This document shows, piece after piece, positions 17,665 to 25,534 of a stretch of 64,000 bases of DNA; the stretch's first letter is position 1, and each line of letters begins with the position of its first letter. Source of the stretch: Verrucomicrobiota bacterium (lineage in GTDB: Bacteria > Verrucomicrobiota > Verrucomicrobiia > Limisphaerales > SXTU01). The notes below the pieces were generated by a model. That model was not told the origin of the DNA, made no database searches, and saw only the letters and a list, made by a program, of their open reading frames with translations. The translations under genes and the position numbers were made by a program. The DNA lies in NCBI GenBank assembly GCA_016235545.1, contig JACRKB010000191.1, forward strand, positions 1,078-65,077, in the 5' to 3' direction.

Positions 17665-17756
17665 CCTGCTGCTCGCGATCCTGATCCGGTTCCTGCTCCG
17701 CTGACCGAAACGCGAGGGGAAGGAGCAAGATTAGGTTCAGGATTGCGAGCAGGAGC
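17665..17756. repeat. Family-A palindromic repeat, copy 3 (about 35-nt arms, 22-nt loop)
   Basis: Left arm 17665-17699 pairs 27/35 with right arm 17722-17756 (GGAGCAAGATTAGGTTCAGGATTGCGAGCAGGAGC). Located between the RND operon and ftsH. Confidence 0.8.
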
Positions 17757-17856
17757 GGAGAGACCATTGCGTTGCGACGAACTCACCTGCGCCCGCCGCC
17801 TGAACCCGCTGTTGCCTCGGCCCATGCCGGGTGATACGGTCCGGCACCTTAGAAAA

Positions 17857-19899
17857 ATGTCTGACAACCAACGCAACCCGGAAAACGGCAAGAACGACCA
17901 GAACGACGAGACGAAGCTGGGGCCAAGGACCCTTCTGGTCTGGCTGGCCATCGTGGTGGCCATCGTGGCGCTGCTGACGCTCCGCACGCCCGGCCAGGTC
18001 GCGGCGAAGACTCTCTCCTACCCGGAGTTCATCCAGAAGGTGGACGACAAGCTCATCCGTGGCGGCAGGATCACCTACAACCCGCAGACCTCCGACTTGC
18101 GCGAGATTACAGGCCAATACGTCGAGGTTGGTGACAACGGCAAGCCTGTGCTCGTGGACGGCAAGGAGAAGGAAACGCCCTTCACCATCAAAATACCCAT
18201 CACCGACAAGCTCGTCGAAAAGCTGCTCGCCAGCGGTGCCTTCGTCACAAAGGAGCCGAACACTCTTTTGTGGTCTGTGCTCGCGAGCCTTTTGCCCATT
18301 CTACTGTTTGGCGCGCTCATCTACTTCTTCTTTATTCGGAATCTCAAGATGGCCGGGAAGAGCGCCATGAGCTTCGGCAAGAGCAAGGCGAAGATGCTCA
18401 ACAAGGACAAGAACAAGACTACCTTCAAAGACGTTGCGGGCGTGGAAGAGGCCAAGGACGAAGTCTGCGAGCTGGTCGAGTTCCTCAAGGACCCAAAGAA
18501 ATTCCAAAAGCTCGGCGGGCGCATCCCCAAGGGCATCCTGATGATCGGCGCTCCGGGCACGGGCAAGACCCTTCTGGCCAAGGCCATCGCCGGAGAGGCA
18601 GATGCCAGCTTCTTCAGCATCAGCGGCTCGGACTTCGTCGAGATGTTTGTCGGCGTCGGCGCGAGCCGCGTGCGCGACATGTTCGAGCAGGCGCGCAAGA
18701 ACACGCCGTGCCTGATCTTCATTGATGAGATCGACGCCGTGGGCCGCAGCCGCGGCATCGGCCTCGGCGGCGGCAACGACGAGCGCGAGCAGACGCTGAA
18801 CGCGTTGCTCGTCGAGATGGACGGCTTCGACACGACCGAGGGCATCATCATCATCGCCGCGACGAACCGCCCCGATGTGCTCGACCCCGCCCTGCTCCGC
18901 CCCGGACGCTTCGACCGCCAGATCACCGTCAACCTCCCCGACGTGCGCGGTCGCGAGGCCATCCTGAAAGTCCACGCTCGCAACGTGAAGATGGACCCCA
19001 CCGCCGAACTTTCTGTCATCGCGCGCGGCACCCCCGGTTTCTCCGGCGCGGAACTGGCGAACCTGCTGAACGAGGCCGCCCTCCTCGCCGCACGCCAGAA
19101 CAAGAAATCCGTCGGCATGACGGAACTCAACGAGGCCCGCGACAAGGTCCGCTGGGGCCGCGAGCGCCGCAGCCTCGCCATGACGGATGAGGAGAAACAG
19201 CACACGGCCTGGCACGAGGCCGGCCACGCACTCGTCAACGTCCTCCTCCCCCACACCCACCCCCTCCACAAAGTCACCATCATCCCCCGTGGCCGCGCGC
19301 TGGGCCTGACCATGATGCTTCCGGAGAAGGACGTCTTCAGCCAGCGCCGCAAAAACCTTCTCGACGACCTCGCCGTCACCATGGCAGGCCGCATCGCGGA
19401 GGAAATCGTCGCGGATGACATTTCCAGCGGCGCCTCCGGCGACATCCAGCAGGCCACGCAAATCGCCCGCGCGATGGTTTGCCAGCTCGGGATGAGCGAC
19501 AAGCTGGGCATGATCAACTACGCGGGTGAAAGCGAATTTTATGGCGGGCGCGAGCTGACCCGGCGCTCGGAGCACAGCGAGCACACGGCGATGGAGATTG
19601 ATGCCGAGGTGAAGCGCATCATCGACGAGAGCTACGCCGTGGCGAAGCGCATCATCTTGGAGAACCGCGACAAGCTCGAGTCCATAGCCAAGGCCCTGCT
19701 CGAGTTCGAGACTCTGGACGGCCCGCAGGTCGAGGAGATCGTGCGCACCGGCAAGATGACCAACCCGCCCCCGCCCGCAGCGCTCACCGCCACGCCGATG
19801 ACCGGCGCCCCCGCCGGCACGCCCGTGCCCGAGCCGCCGCGCCCCACCCCGCCCCCGCTCGAACCCGGCCTCGGCGCGCCCGCGCCCGCGCCGATTTGA
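17857..19899 (+). CDS. ftsH: ATP-dependent zinc metalloprotease FtsH
   Basis: Start at ATG 17857 ([13 protein letters not shown]...). Walker [19 protein letters not shown], Walker B IFIDEID, SRH region, and zinc motif HEAGHAL. The track's 17647 start crosses the family-A repeat. Confidence 0.95.
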   Translation: MSDNQRNPENGKNDQNDETKLGPRTLLVWLAIVVAIVALLTLRTPGQVAAKTLSYPEFIQKVDDKLIRGGRITYNPQTSDLREITGQYVEVGDNGKPVLVDGKEKETPFTIKIPITDKLVEKLLASGAFVTKEPNTLLWSVLASLLPILLFGALIYFFFIRNLKMAGKSAMSFGKSKAKMLNKDKNKTTFKDVAGVEEAKDEVCELVEFLKDPKKFQKLGGRIPKGILMIGAPGTGKTLLAKAIAGEADASFFSISGSDFVEMFVGVGASRVRDMFEQARKNTPCLIFIDEIDAVGRSRGIGLGGGNDEREQTLNALLVEMDGFDTTEGIIIIAATNRPDVLDPALLRPGRFDRQITVNLPDVRGREAILKVHARNVKMDPTAELSVIARGTPGFSGAELANLLNEAALLAARQNKKSVGMTELNEARDKVRWGRERRSLAMTDEEKQHTAWHEAGHALVNVLLPHTHPLHKVTIIPRGRALGLTMMLPEKDVFSQRRKNLLDDLAVTMAGRIAEEIVADDISSGASGDIQQATQIARAMVCQLGMSDKLGMINYAGESEFYGGRELTRRSEHSEHTAMEIDAEVKRIIDESYAVAKRIILENRDKLESIAKALLEFETLDGPQVEEIVRTGKMTNPPPPAALTATPMTGAPAGTPVPEPPRPTPPPLEPGLGAPAPAPI

Positions 19900-19958
19900 G
19901 CGCCCGCCGGGTTTCCGTGGTTGCTTTCCCCGGCGACGAACTGCTTTCCTAGCCGCGC

Positions 19959-20492
19959 ATGGCCAGCAGCAGCGTGGGCGAACAACTCCGGAAAGCGCGC
20001 GAAACGCGCCGCTTCACCGTGTCCCAGGTGGCCGACGCCACCAAGATCAAGTCCGACCACATCGCCGCGCTTGAGGAAGGGGATTTTCATCCTTTCAGCG
20101 CCCCGGTCTATATCCGCGGATACACCAAGACGCTCGCACGCCATTACAAGCTCGACGTTCCCAACGTCCTGGCCGACCTCGATGCGGAACTCGCGCAGAC
20201 CAAGGAATTCGCCGAGCCGCCAAGCCTGATGCGCCGCGAGAAAGGCGTGCTCGACTGGATCACGCTCCAGCTTTCCAAGCTGAACCTCCGCCTACTCCTG
20301 CCCCTCATCGCCTTCGCCGTGCTCTTGTCGCTCCTGCTCTGGGCCTACACAGCGTGGCGACGCCACCAGTCCGTTGACCCGCTTTCCAACCTCGGCCCCG
20401 GCTATTACAAGTCGCCTCCCGAGAAGAGCGTCGTCGAGTATCTGCCCTTCCCGCCGGGGGCCGTGCCGACCAACACGCCGGCGCAAAAATAG
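19959..20492 (+). CDS. rodZ: RodZ-like HTH membrane protein
   Basis: 177 aa. VGEQLRKARETRRFTVSQVADATKIKSDHIAALEEGDFHPFSAPVYIRGYTKTLARHY resembles the RodZ N-terminal XRE-type HTH. A single TM helix follows (LLLPLIAFAVLLSLLLWAY). Confidence 0.6.
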   Translation: MASSSVGEQLRKARETRRFTVSQVADATKIKSDHIAALEEGDFHPFSAPVYIRGYTKTLARHYKLDVPNVLADLDAELAQTKEFAEPPSLMRREKGVLDWITLQLSKLNLRLLLPLIAFAVLLSLLLWAYTAWRRHQSVDPLSNLGPGYYKSPPEKSVVEYLPFPPGAVPTNTPAQK

Positions 20493-20534
20493 CCGGTGCC
20501 GGCCTGCGGCATCCCTTTGTTTGGCTGGTGAACT

Positions 20535-22280
20535 TTGCACCCTCGGTTGTTCCGAAACCCACGTCTTGTGACTGACAAATCCAAACCCGCTTCCGCCCGC
20601 CCCGTGCGCGTGGGCATGATCTCACTCGGCTGCGCGAAGAACCTCGTGGATGCCGAGATCATGCTCGGCTCACTCCTCAAGTCCGGCGCAGAAATCACCA
20701 ACGACCCCGCCGCAGCCGACGCTGTCATCGTCAACACCTGCTCCTTCATTGATGCCGCGCAGGAGGAGAGCGTGGACGCCATCCTCGACTCCGCCGCCGT
20801 CCGCGAGGCGAACCATCGCGGCCAGGCGCTCATCGTCTCCGGCTGCCTCAGCCAGCGCTTCCGCGAGGAACTGCCCAAGCTTCTGCCCGAGGTGGATGCT
20901 TTCATGGGCATTGATCAAGTCGCGCAAGTTGGCGAACTGGTGAAGGAAGCGATGGCGCGCCGGAGAGAAAAGTTGAACCTCCAACGCTCAACGTCCAACG
21001 CTCAACGCTCAAAGAAGAAAGTCCAGGCGCAGCTCGCAGACTTGGACAAAACCAAGCCCTCAGCCCACGCCGACGACGAATCTCTCAGAGGCAAAGATGC
21101 GTTCGGCAAAACCAAAACCGTCCTCAGTCGCGTCACGGAACACGCAACACGGAACACGCCCTCCACTCCGCTCCTCGATGTAACGGCGCGCCCCATCTAC
21201 ATCCCCGACTACGAGACCCCCCGCTTCCGCCTCACGCCGCGCCAATTCGCCTACGTGAAAATCGCCGAGGGCTGCAACCACCCGTGCAGCTTCTGCATCA
21301 TCCCCCGGATGCGCGGCAGCCACCGCAGCCGCACGCAGGCCGACATCGTCGCCGAGGCCAAGGCACTCATCAAAGACGGCGTGAAGGAGTTGAACCTCAT
21401 TTCTCAAGACTCGACCTACTACGGCCTCGACTTGCGCAAGAACCACTCGCGCGCCATCTCTTCGCCCGAGAAGTTCCGCGCGGCCGCCAGTTCGCTGCCC
21501 GCCGATGCCACGACGCTTTGCTCACTCCTTCGCGAGTTGAACGCGCTCAAAGGCGACTTCTGGATTCGCCTGCTCTACACGCACCCCGCGCACTGGACGG
21601 ACGAACTCATCCGCACCATCGGCGAGTGCCCCAAGGTTGCGCGCTACGTGGACATGCCGCTCCAGCACATCCACGACGACATGCTCGCTCGGATGCGCCG
21701 CGAGACCAGCGGCCAATACATCCGCGACCTCATCGCCCGCATCCGCGCCGGCGTGCCGGGCATCGCGCTGCGCACGACCTTCATCGTCGGCTTCCCCGGC
21801 GAGACGGCGGCGGCCTTCGACACCCTGCTCGACTTCATTCGCGAGACGAAGTTTGAACGGCTCGGCATCTTCAGCTACTCGCAGGAGGACGGCACCATCG
21901 CCGGGAAGATGACCAGCCAGCTCTCCGACAAGGTGAAGCAACGCCGTCGCGAGCTGGCAATGGCCGCGCAGCACGAAGTCGCCCGCGCTGTCTCGGAAAG
22001 CTTCGTGGGGCGCACGCTCAAGGTGCTCATCGAGGGTAGTGCCAGGGAACAGCAACTTCAGCAGGCCAAAGTCCTCTCGTGGGAGCACGGCCTCCTGCGC
22101 GAAGGAGAAACTCCAAACTCCAAACTCCAAACTCAGAACTTCTTGGTCGCTCGCGGCGAGGCCGATGCACCGGACATTGACGGCCGCGTCTATGTGCGCG
22201 GAAAGCTGCCCGTCGGCGGCTTCGCCCGCGTGCGCGTCATCGGCCACACAGATTACGACTTGATGGCGGAGCCGGTTTGA
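20535..22280 (+). CDS. rimO: Ribosomal protein S12 methylthiotransferase RimO, carrying repeat-derived insertions
   Basis: VGMISLGCAKNLVDAEIML (MTTase N domain), radical-SAM EGCNHPCSFCIIP, and a C-terminal TRAM domain (ADAPDIDGRVYV). The track start is TTG 20535; alternatives are GTG 20568 and ATG 20616. Confidence 0.9.
   Translation: MHPRLFRNPRLVTDKSKPASARPVRVGMISLGCAKNLVDAEIMLGSLLKSGAEITNDPAAADAVIVNTCSFIDAAQEESVDAILDSAAVREANHRGQALIVSGCLSQRFREELPKLLPEVDAFMGIDQVAQVGELVKEAMARRREKLNLQRSTSNAQRSKKKVQAQLADLDKTKPSAHADDESLRGKDAFGKTKTVLSRVTEHATRNTPSTPLLDVTARPIYIPDYETPRFRLTPRQFAYVKIAEGCNHPCSFCIIPRMRGSHRSRTQADIVAEAKALIKDGVKELNLISQDSTYYGLDLRKNHSRAISSPEKFRAAASSLPADATTLCSLLRELNALKGDFWIRLLYTHPAHWTDELIRTIGECPKVARYVDMPLQHIHDDMLARMRRETSGQYIRDLIARIRAGVPGIALRTTFIVGFPGETAAAFDTLLDFIRETKFERLGIFSYSQEDGTIAGKMTSQLSDKVKQRRRELAMAAQHEVARAVSESFVGRTLKVLIEGSAREQQLQQAKVLSWEHGLLREGETPNSKLQTQNFLVARGEADAPDIDGRVYVRGKLPVGGFARVRVIGHTDYDLMAEPV
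20980..21012. repeat. 14-nt (2 x 7) tandem repeat inside rimO
   Basis: TCCAACGCTCAACG TCCAACGCTCAACG CTCAA is translated in frame as LQRSTSNAQRS. A second short tandem, CACGGAACACG-CAA-CACGGAACACG, lies at 21134-21158. Confidence 0.8.
22108..22142. repeat. Heptamer array AAACTCC x about 5 inside the rimO TRAM region
   Basis: AAACTCC AAACTCC AAACTCC AAACTCA GAACTTC is translated as ETPNSKLQTQNF. Confidence 0.8.
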
Positions 22281-22323
22281 ACTGCGCCTTGCCACCACCG
22301 CCCGAGAAAGCCAGACTGCTGCC

Positions 22324-22512
22324 ATGAAAGCGAAGACGCCGATCCTGCCGTTGCCCGCTGTTGACATGACTGAACGCGAACTGTTGAAGGGCATCAACGC
22401 GATGCTGCGGGAGATTGACCTGACGCTGCGACGGTCGAGGAAGGTGAGCGAGGAAATCGAGCAGCTCAAGCTGGAGTCCCGCCGCATCCGGGCCGCACGC
22501 CGCGCCCTGTAA
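22324..22512 (+). CDS. Small hypothetical coiled-coil protein (62 aa)
   Basis: ATG start, co-directional with its neighbours. Charged helical sequence ERELLKGINAMLREIDLTLRRSRKVSEEIEQLKLESRRIRAARRAL. No family recognised. Confidence 0.45.
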   Translation: MKAKTPILPLPAVDMTERELLKGINAMLREIDLTLRRSRKVSEEIEQLKLESRRIRAARRAL

Positions 22513-22514
22513 CC

Positions 22515-22802
22515 ATGTTCCGCGCGATTTATGACTGGGTGGCCAGCCTCCTGAGCACCACGAGGGAACTGGACCAACTCCGCATACAGGTGCGCGAGTT
22601 GCGGCGCGACCAGTTGGAACAGGAAAAGGACATCCTCACCTTTCGGTTGGAGATGCAGGCCGCTCTCGCCAGGGAAACCGCCGAGCGCGAGAAGTTCATG
22701 CTCCAAGTCCAGAACCTACTGCTCCAGTGGGAGAAACGTCTGCCGCAGCCCGTTGGCAAGCCGCCCGAGAAGCGACGCAAGCGCGTCAAGCGCGGCGGTT
22801 GA
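22515..22802 (+). CDS. Small hypothetical protein: N-terminal hydrophobic segment plus coiled coil (95 aa)
   Basis: The ATG lies 2 nt after the previous TAA. MFRAIYDWVASLLS is followed by heptad-like RELDQLRIQVRELRRDQLEQEKDILTFRLEM and a basic tail. No family recognised. Confidence 0.5.
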   Translation: MFRAIYDWVASLLSTTRELDQLRIQVRELRRDQLEQEKDILTFRLEMQAALARETAEREKFMLQVQNLLLQWEKRLPQPVGKPPEKRRKRVKRGG

Positions 22803-22827
22803 GGTCGGGGCACCTCCGCCCACTGCG

Positions 22828-23436
22828 ATGAACCTGCCGAACCAACTCACCGTCTCGCGCTTCGTCCTCACGGGCTTGTTCCTCGTGGCGATGTTCTCGC
22901 GCTCGCCGGTCAACGACACCATCGCGCTGGTGCTCTTCAGCATCGCGGGGCTGACGGACTACTTCGACGGCAAGATTGCCCGCGAGCGGAAGCTCATCAC
23001 CAACTTCGGCATCCTGATGGACCCTCTGGCGGACAAGATTCTCACCTGCTCGGCGTTCATCGCGCTGGTCGAGCGCGCCAAGTTCAATCCCGACACCGGG
23101 GCGTTGCCGGCAGTGAGCGTTGAGGCGTGGATGGCCGTGCTGATTGTCGCGCGCGAGCTGTCCATCACGGGACTTCGGCTGCTGGCGGCATCCAAGGGCG
23201 TGACTCTCGCAGCCGAGCGCTTCGGCAAGCACAAGACCATCTCGCAAATCACCGCCGTCATCGCGCTCCTGGTGCTGGACGCGCACGTCGAGTGGTGGCC
23301 GTGGCTGCGGGACGCGTTCGCGCTGCTGCTGCCGTGGTTCGCGCAACTCTCGCTTTGGGTGACAGTGCTGCTCACGTTCACCTCCGGCGCGATTTATCTT
23401 TGGAAGAACCGGCAGATTTACTTGGAGGATATGTGA
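22828..23436 (+). CDS. pgsA: CDP-diacylglycerol--glycerol-3-phosphate 3-phosphatidyltransferase
   Basis: Start at ATG 22828 (MNLPNQLTVSRF). CDP-alcohol phosphatidyltransferase motif DYFDGKIARERKLITNFGILMDPLADK. Confidence 0.9.
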   Translation: MNLPNQLTVSRFVLTGLFLVAMFSRSPVNDTIALVLFSIAGLTDYFDGKIARERKLITNFGILMDPLADKILTCSAFIALVERAKFNPDTGALPAVSVEAWMAVLIVARELSITGLRLLAASKGVTLAAERFGKHKTISQITAVIALLVLDAHVEWWPWLRDAFALLLPWFAQLSLWVTVLLTFTSGAIYLWKNRQIYLEDM

Positions 23437-23948
23437 GCGGCTTCGACCCCGCCGTCTGGGTGGCGCAAGGCTTCGGCTCCGGTCGCCTCAAGCCCGGGCC
23501 GGGAACTTGGGGTTCAGTTGTTGGCCTGGCTTGGACCGCACTACTCTTGCTTCCTGAAAGTCTGCCTTGTTACCTGATTGGCATCCTAGGCGGCGTTGCG
23601 ACATCTGTATGGGTCTGTGGCCGTGCCGAGAAGTCGCTCGGCGAGAAAGATCCAAGCTCGGTGGTATTGGATGAAATCGTGGCCGTGCCCGCCTGCTTTC
23701 TCGTGCCGGTTGTGTTGTGCTCCGTCCTTCCGCACGGCAATCACTTTCAAGCTTCAGATCTCTGGGCGGACGGCATCTGGGGCTGGAAGCGAACGACGTT
23801 CGTATTCGCCGCGTTCCGCCTCTTCGACATCTGGAAGCCGTGGCCAGTGCGCCAAAGCCAGTCGCTCCCCGGCGGCTGGGGCGTGACGGTGGATGACCTC
23901 CTCGCGGCGCTCTACGTCAACTTGGTGAGCCTGCCGTTTCTCCCCTGA
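23433..23948 (+). CDS. pgpA: Phosphatidylglycerophosphatase A
   Basis: GTG 23433 overlaps the pgsA ATG-TGA end (ATGTGA). Motifs GFGSGRLKPGPGTWGS, DPSSVVLDEIVA and FRLFDIWKPWP are typical of PgpA. Confidence 0.8.
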   Translation: MSGFDPAVWVAQGFGSGRLKPGPGTWGSVVGLAWTALLLLPESLPCYLIGILGGVATSVWVCGRAEKSLGEKDPSSVVLDEIVAVPACFLVPVVLCSVLPHGNHFQASDLWADGIWGWKRTTFVFAAFRLFDIWKPWPVRQSQSLPGGWGVTVDDLLAALYVNLVSLPFLP

Positions 23949-23951
23949 AAC

Positions 23952-24037
23952 CCTGCCTCACGCCAAGGACGCTAAGAACGCAAAGCCGAATTTGTGCTGA
24001 ACCCTTTGCGCCCTTTGCGTCCTTTGCGTGAGGCAGG
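23952..24037. repeat. Long imperfect hairpin (34-nt arms built of 9-mers) between convergent genes; terminator-like
   Basis: CCTGCCTCACGCCAAGGACGCTAAGAACGCAAAG (23952-23985) pairs with CTTTGCGCCCTTTGCGTCCTTTGCGTGAGGCAGG (24004-24037) with about 4 mismatches and an 18-nt loop. It fills almost the whole gap between the pgpA stop (23948) and the propeller-gene stop (24044). Confidence 0.8.
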
Positions 24038-24043
24038 TTCCGC

Positions 24044-25357
24044 TCACTTCTCAATCCGAAACAGCGCCTTCGACGTGCGGACGTAGAGCGCCTTGCCGGC
24101 GGCGATCGGCGCGGCCTCGATCGAACCGTCGAGCTTGCTCTCGCCGAGCAGCTTGAACTCCCGGCCCGCGGCAAACACCACGCCCTTGCCCTCACGGTCG
24201 AAGGCATACACGTTGCCTTCCGCAGAGATCGGCGAGGCATACACCGCTTTCAGCACGCGCTCGGACCACAGCACCTTGCCCGTCTTGGCCTCGACCGCGC
24301 TGGCGAAGCCACCGTTGTCCACGAGCATCACCAAGTCGCCCTGCACGATAGGCGAAGGCGTCTCCGGCACACCCTTGATAAGCTTCCACGCGAGCTGCGG
24401 TTTGGTGGGGTCGGGATCGCTGTCTTTCGAGGCGTCGAGGATGTTGCCCGCCTTCCAAGCGGACGCGGGCGGCGGCTTGATCGCGTAGAAGTGGCCTTTC
24501 GAGAACCCAGCCGAGAAGTAGATCAAACCATGCGCGAAGATCGGCCGCGCACCGGTCGAGTGGAAAGGCTGGTTCTCCACCTGCCACAGCTCCTTGCCCG
24601 TGAGCGGGTCGTAGCCGTAATGCGCCTTCGCACCGTTGCTCAGGAGGACCGGCTTGCCCTCGATGGTCGCGATCTGCGGCGTGGCGTAGCCCTTGCGCAA
24701 GTCGCCCTCGGCTTTGGGCTTTCCGTCGGGACCAAGGTCGCGATAATCCGTCGAGCGCTTCACCCGCCACGCGTCTTTGCCCGTGCGCTTGTCCAGCGCG
24801 ACGATGAACTGGTCGTCCGCTCCATCGAACTGCAGGACGAGCAGGTTGCCATGCAGAATCGGCGAGGAGCCCGCGCCGCGATAGTGGTTGCACTTCAAGT
24901 CGCGTCGTTCCCACAGCTTCGCGCCCGTCTTGGTGTCGAGACACGCCGTGCCCGCCTCCCCGAAGCTCACATACACGCGGCCCTCCTCGATCACCGGCGT
25001 GGGAGAGGCGTAGCTGTTGTATTTCATCCACAGCTCCGGCTGCTGCGCGTCGAAGAGCTTCACGTCCCCTGTCACCTTGCCCGTGTTCTTGTCCAAAGTG
25101 AGCACGAAGAGTGCGGTGCCGTTGCTGGTCGCCGTGGTCAGCCAAATCTGGTCGCCCCAGATGACAGGCGAGGACCAGCCCTTGTCGTGGATGGGTGTCT
25201 TCCATTTCACGTTCTCGGTTTCGCCCCAGGTCACGGGGAGGCCCTTGGCGGCGGATTGCCCGTCGCCGGTCGGCCCGCGGAACTGCGGCCAGTTGTCGGC
25301 GGCGAAGGCAAGCGTGGTGGTGCACACGAGGGCGGACAGCAGCGAGGCAAGTTTCAT
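24044..25357 (-). CDS. Secreted PQQ-like (BamB-like) beta-propeller repeat protein
   Basis: Start at ATG 25355-25357, giving signal peptide MKLASLLSALVCTTTLAFA. DNWPQFRGPTGDGQS plus repeated W-containing blades (GKELWQ, GKVLWS, GAKLWE). Confidence 0.8.
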   Translation of the reverse strand: MKLASLLSALVCTTTLAFAADNWPQFRGPTGDGQSAAKGLPVTWGETENVKWKTPIHDKGWSSPVIWGDQIWLTTATSNGTALFVLTLDKNTGKVTGDVKLFDAQQPELWMKYNSYASPTPVIEEGRVYVSFGEAGTACLDTKTGAKLWERRDLKCNHYRGAGSSPILHGNLLVLQFDGADDQFIVALDKRTGKDAWRVKRSTDYRDLGPDGKPKAEGDLRKGYATPQIATIEGKPVLLSNGAKAHYGYDPLTGKELWQVENQPFHSTGARPIFAHGLIYFSAGFSKGHFYAIKPPPASAWKAGNILDASKDSDPDPTKPQLAWKLIKGVPETPSPIVQGDLVMLVDNGGFASAVEAKTGKVLWSERVLKAVYASPISAEGNVYAFDREGKGVVFAAGREFKLLGESKLDGSIEAAPIAAGKALYVRTSKALFRIEK

Positions 25358-25501
25358 TGGCGAGAGAGTAATAATCGTTTCCCCCGCAGCGCAAGCCAGC
25401 CGTGCGGAGGGCGCTTCGACGGCACGCGCGCGCAGGAAACTCAGCAGGAGAACACGTGTGCCGGCGGTTTGCAGCCGTCCCAGGGAACGTTGGTTGCCAG
25501 C

Positions 25502-25528
25502 CGACGGCGACTGCAAGTCGCCGGCACG
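25502..25528. terminator. Family-C hairpin motif, copy 2; candidate terminator or attenuator after the giant ORF
   Basis: CGACGGCGACTGCAAGTCGCCGGCACG. The stem GGCGAC/GTCGCC lies 7 nt downstream of the giant-ORF stop (25535-25537) on the minus strand. No U-tract. Confidence 0.4.
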
Positions 25529-25534
25529 GGCGTG

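Noticed and set aside
17647-17856. 70-codon N-terminal extension of FtsH in the ORF track, with similar extensions at 3713-5500, 6636-8324, 8411-9256, 24044-25516, 25535-33718, 57405-58859 and others
   Set aside because: The extensions run through intergenic repeats or neighbouring genes and precede obvious signal peptides or conserved N-termini. I chose internal starts that restore normal N-termini or give ATGA/GTGA coupling with the upstream stop.
22324-22802. Toxin-antitoxin pair interpretation of the two small ORFs
   Set aside because: There is no recognisable toxin fold motif (PIN, RelE, MazF, HipA and similar) and no antitoxin DNA-binding motif. Both are simply coiled-coil-like.
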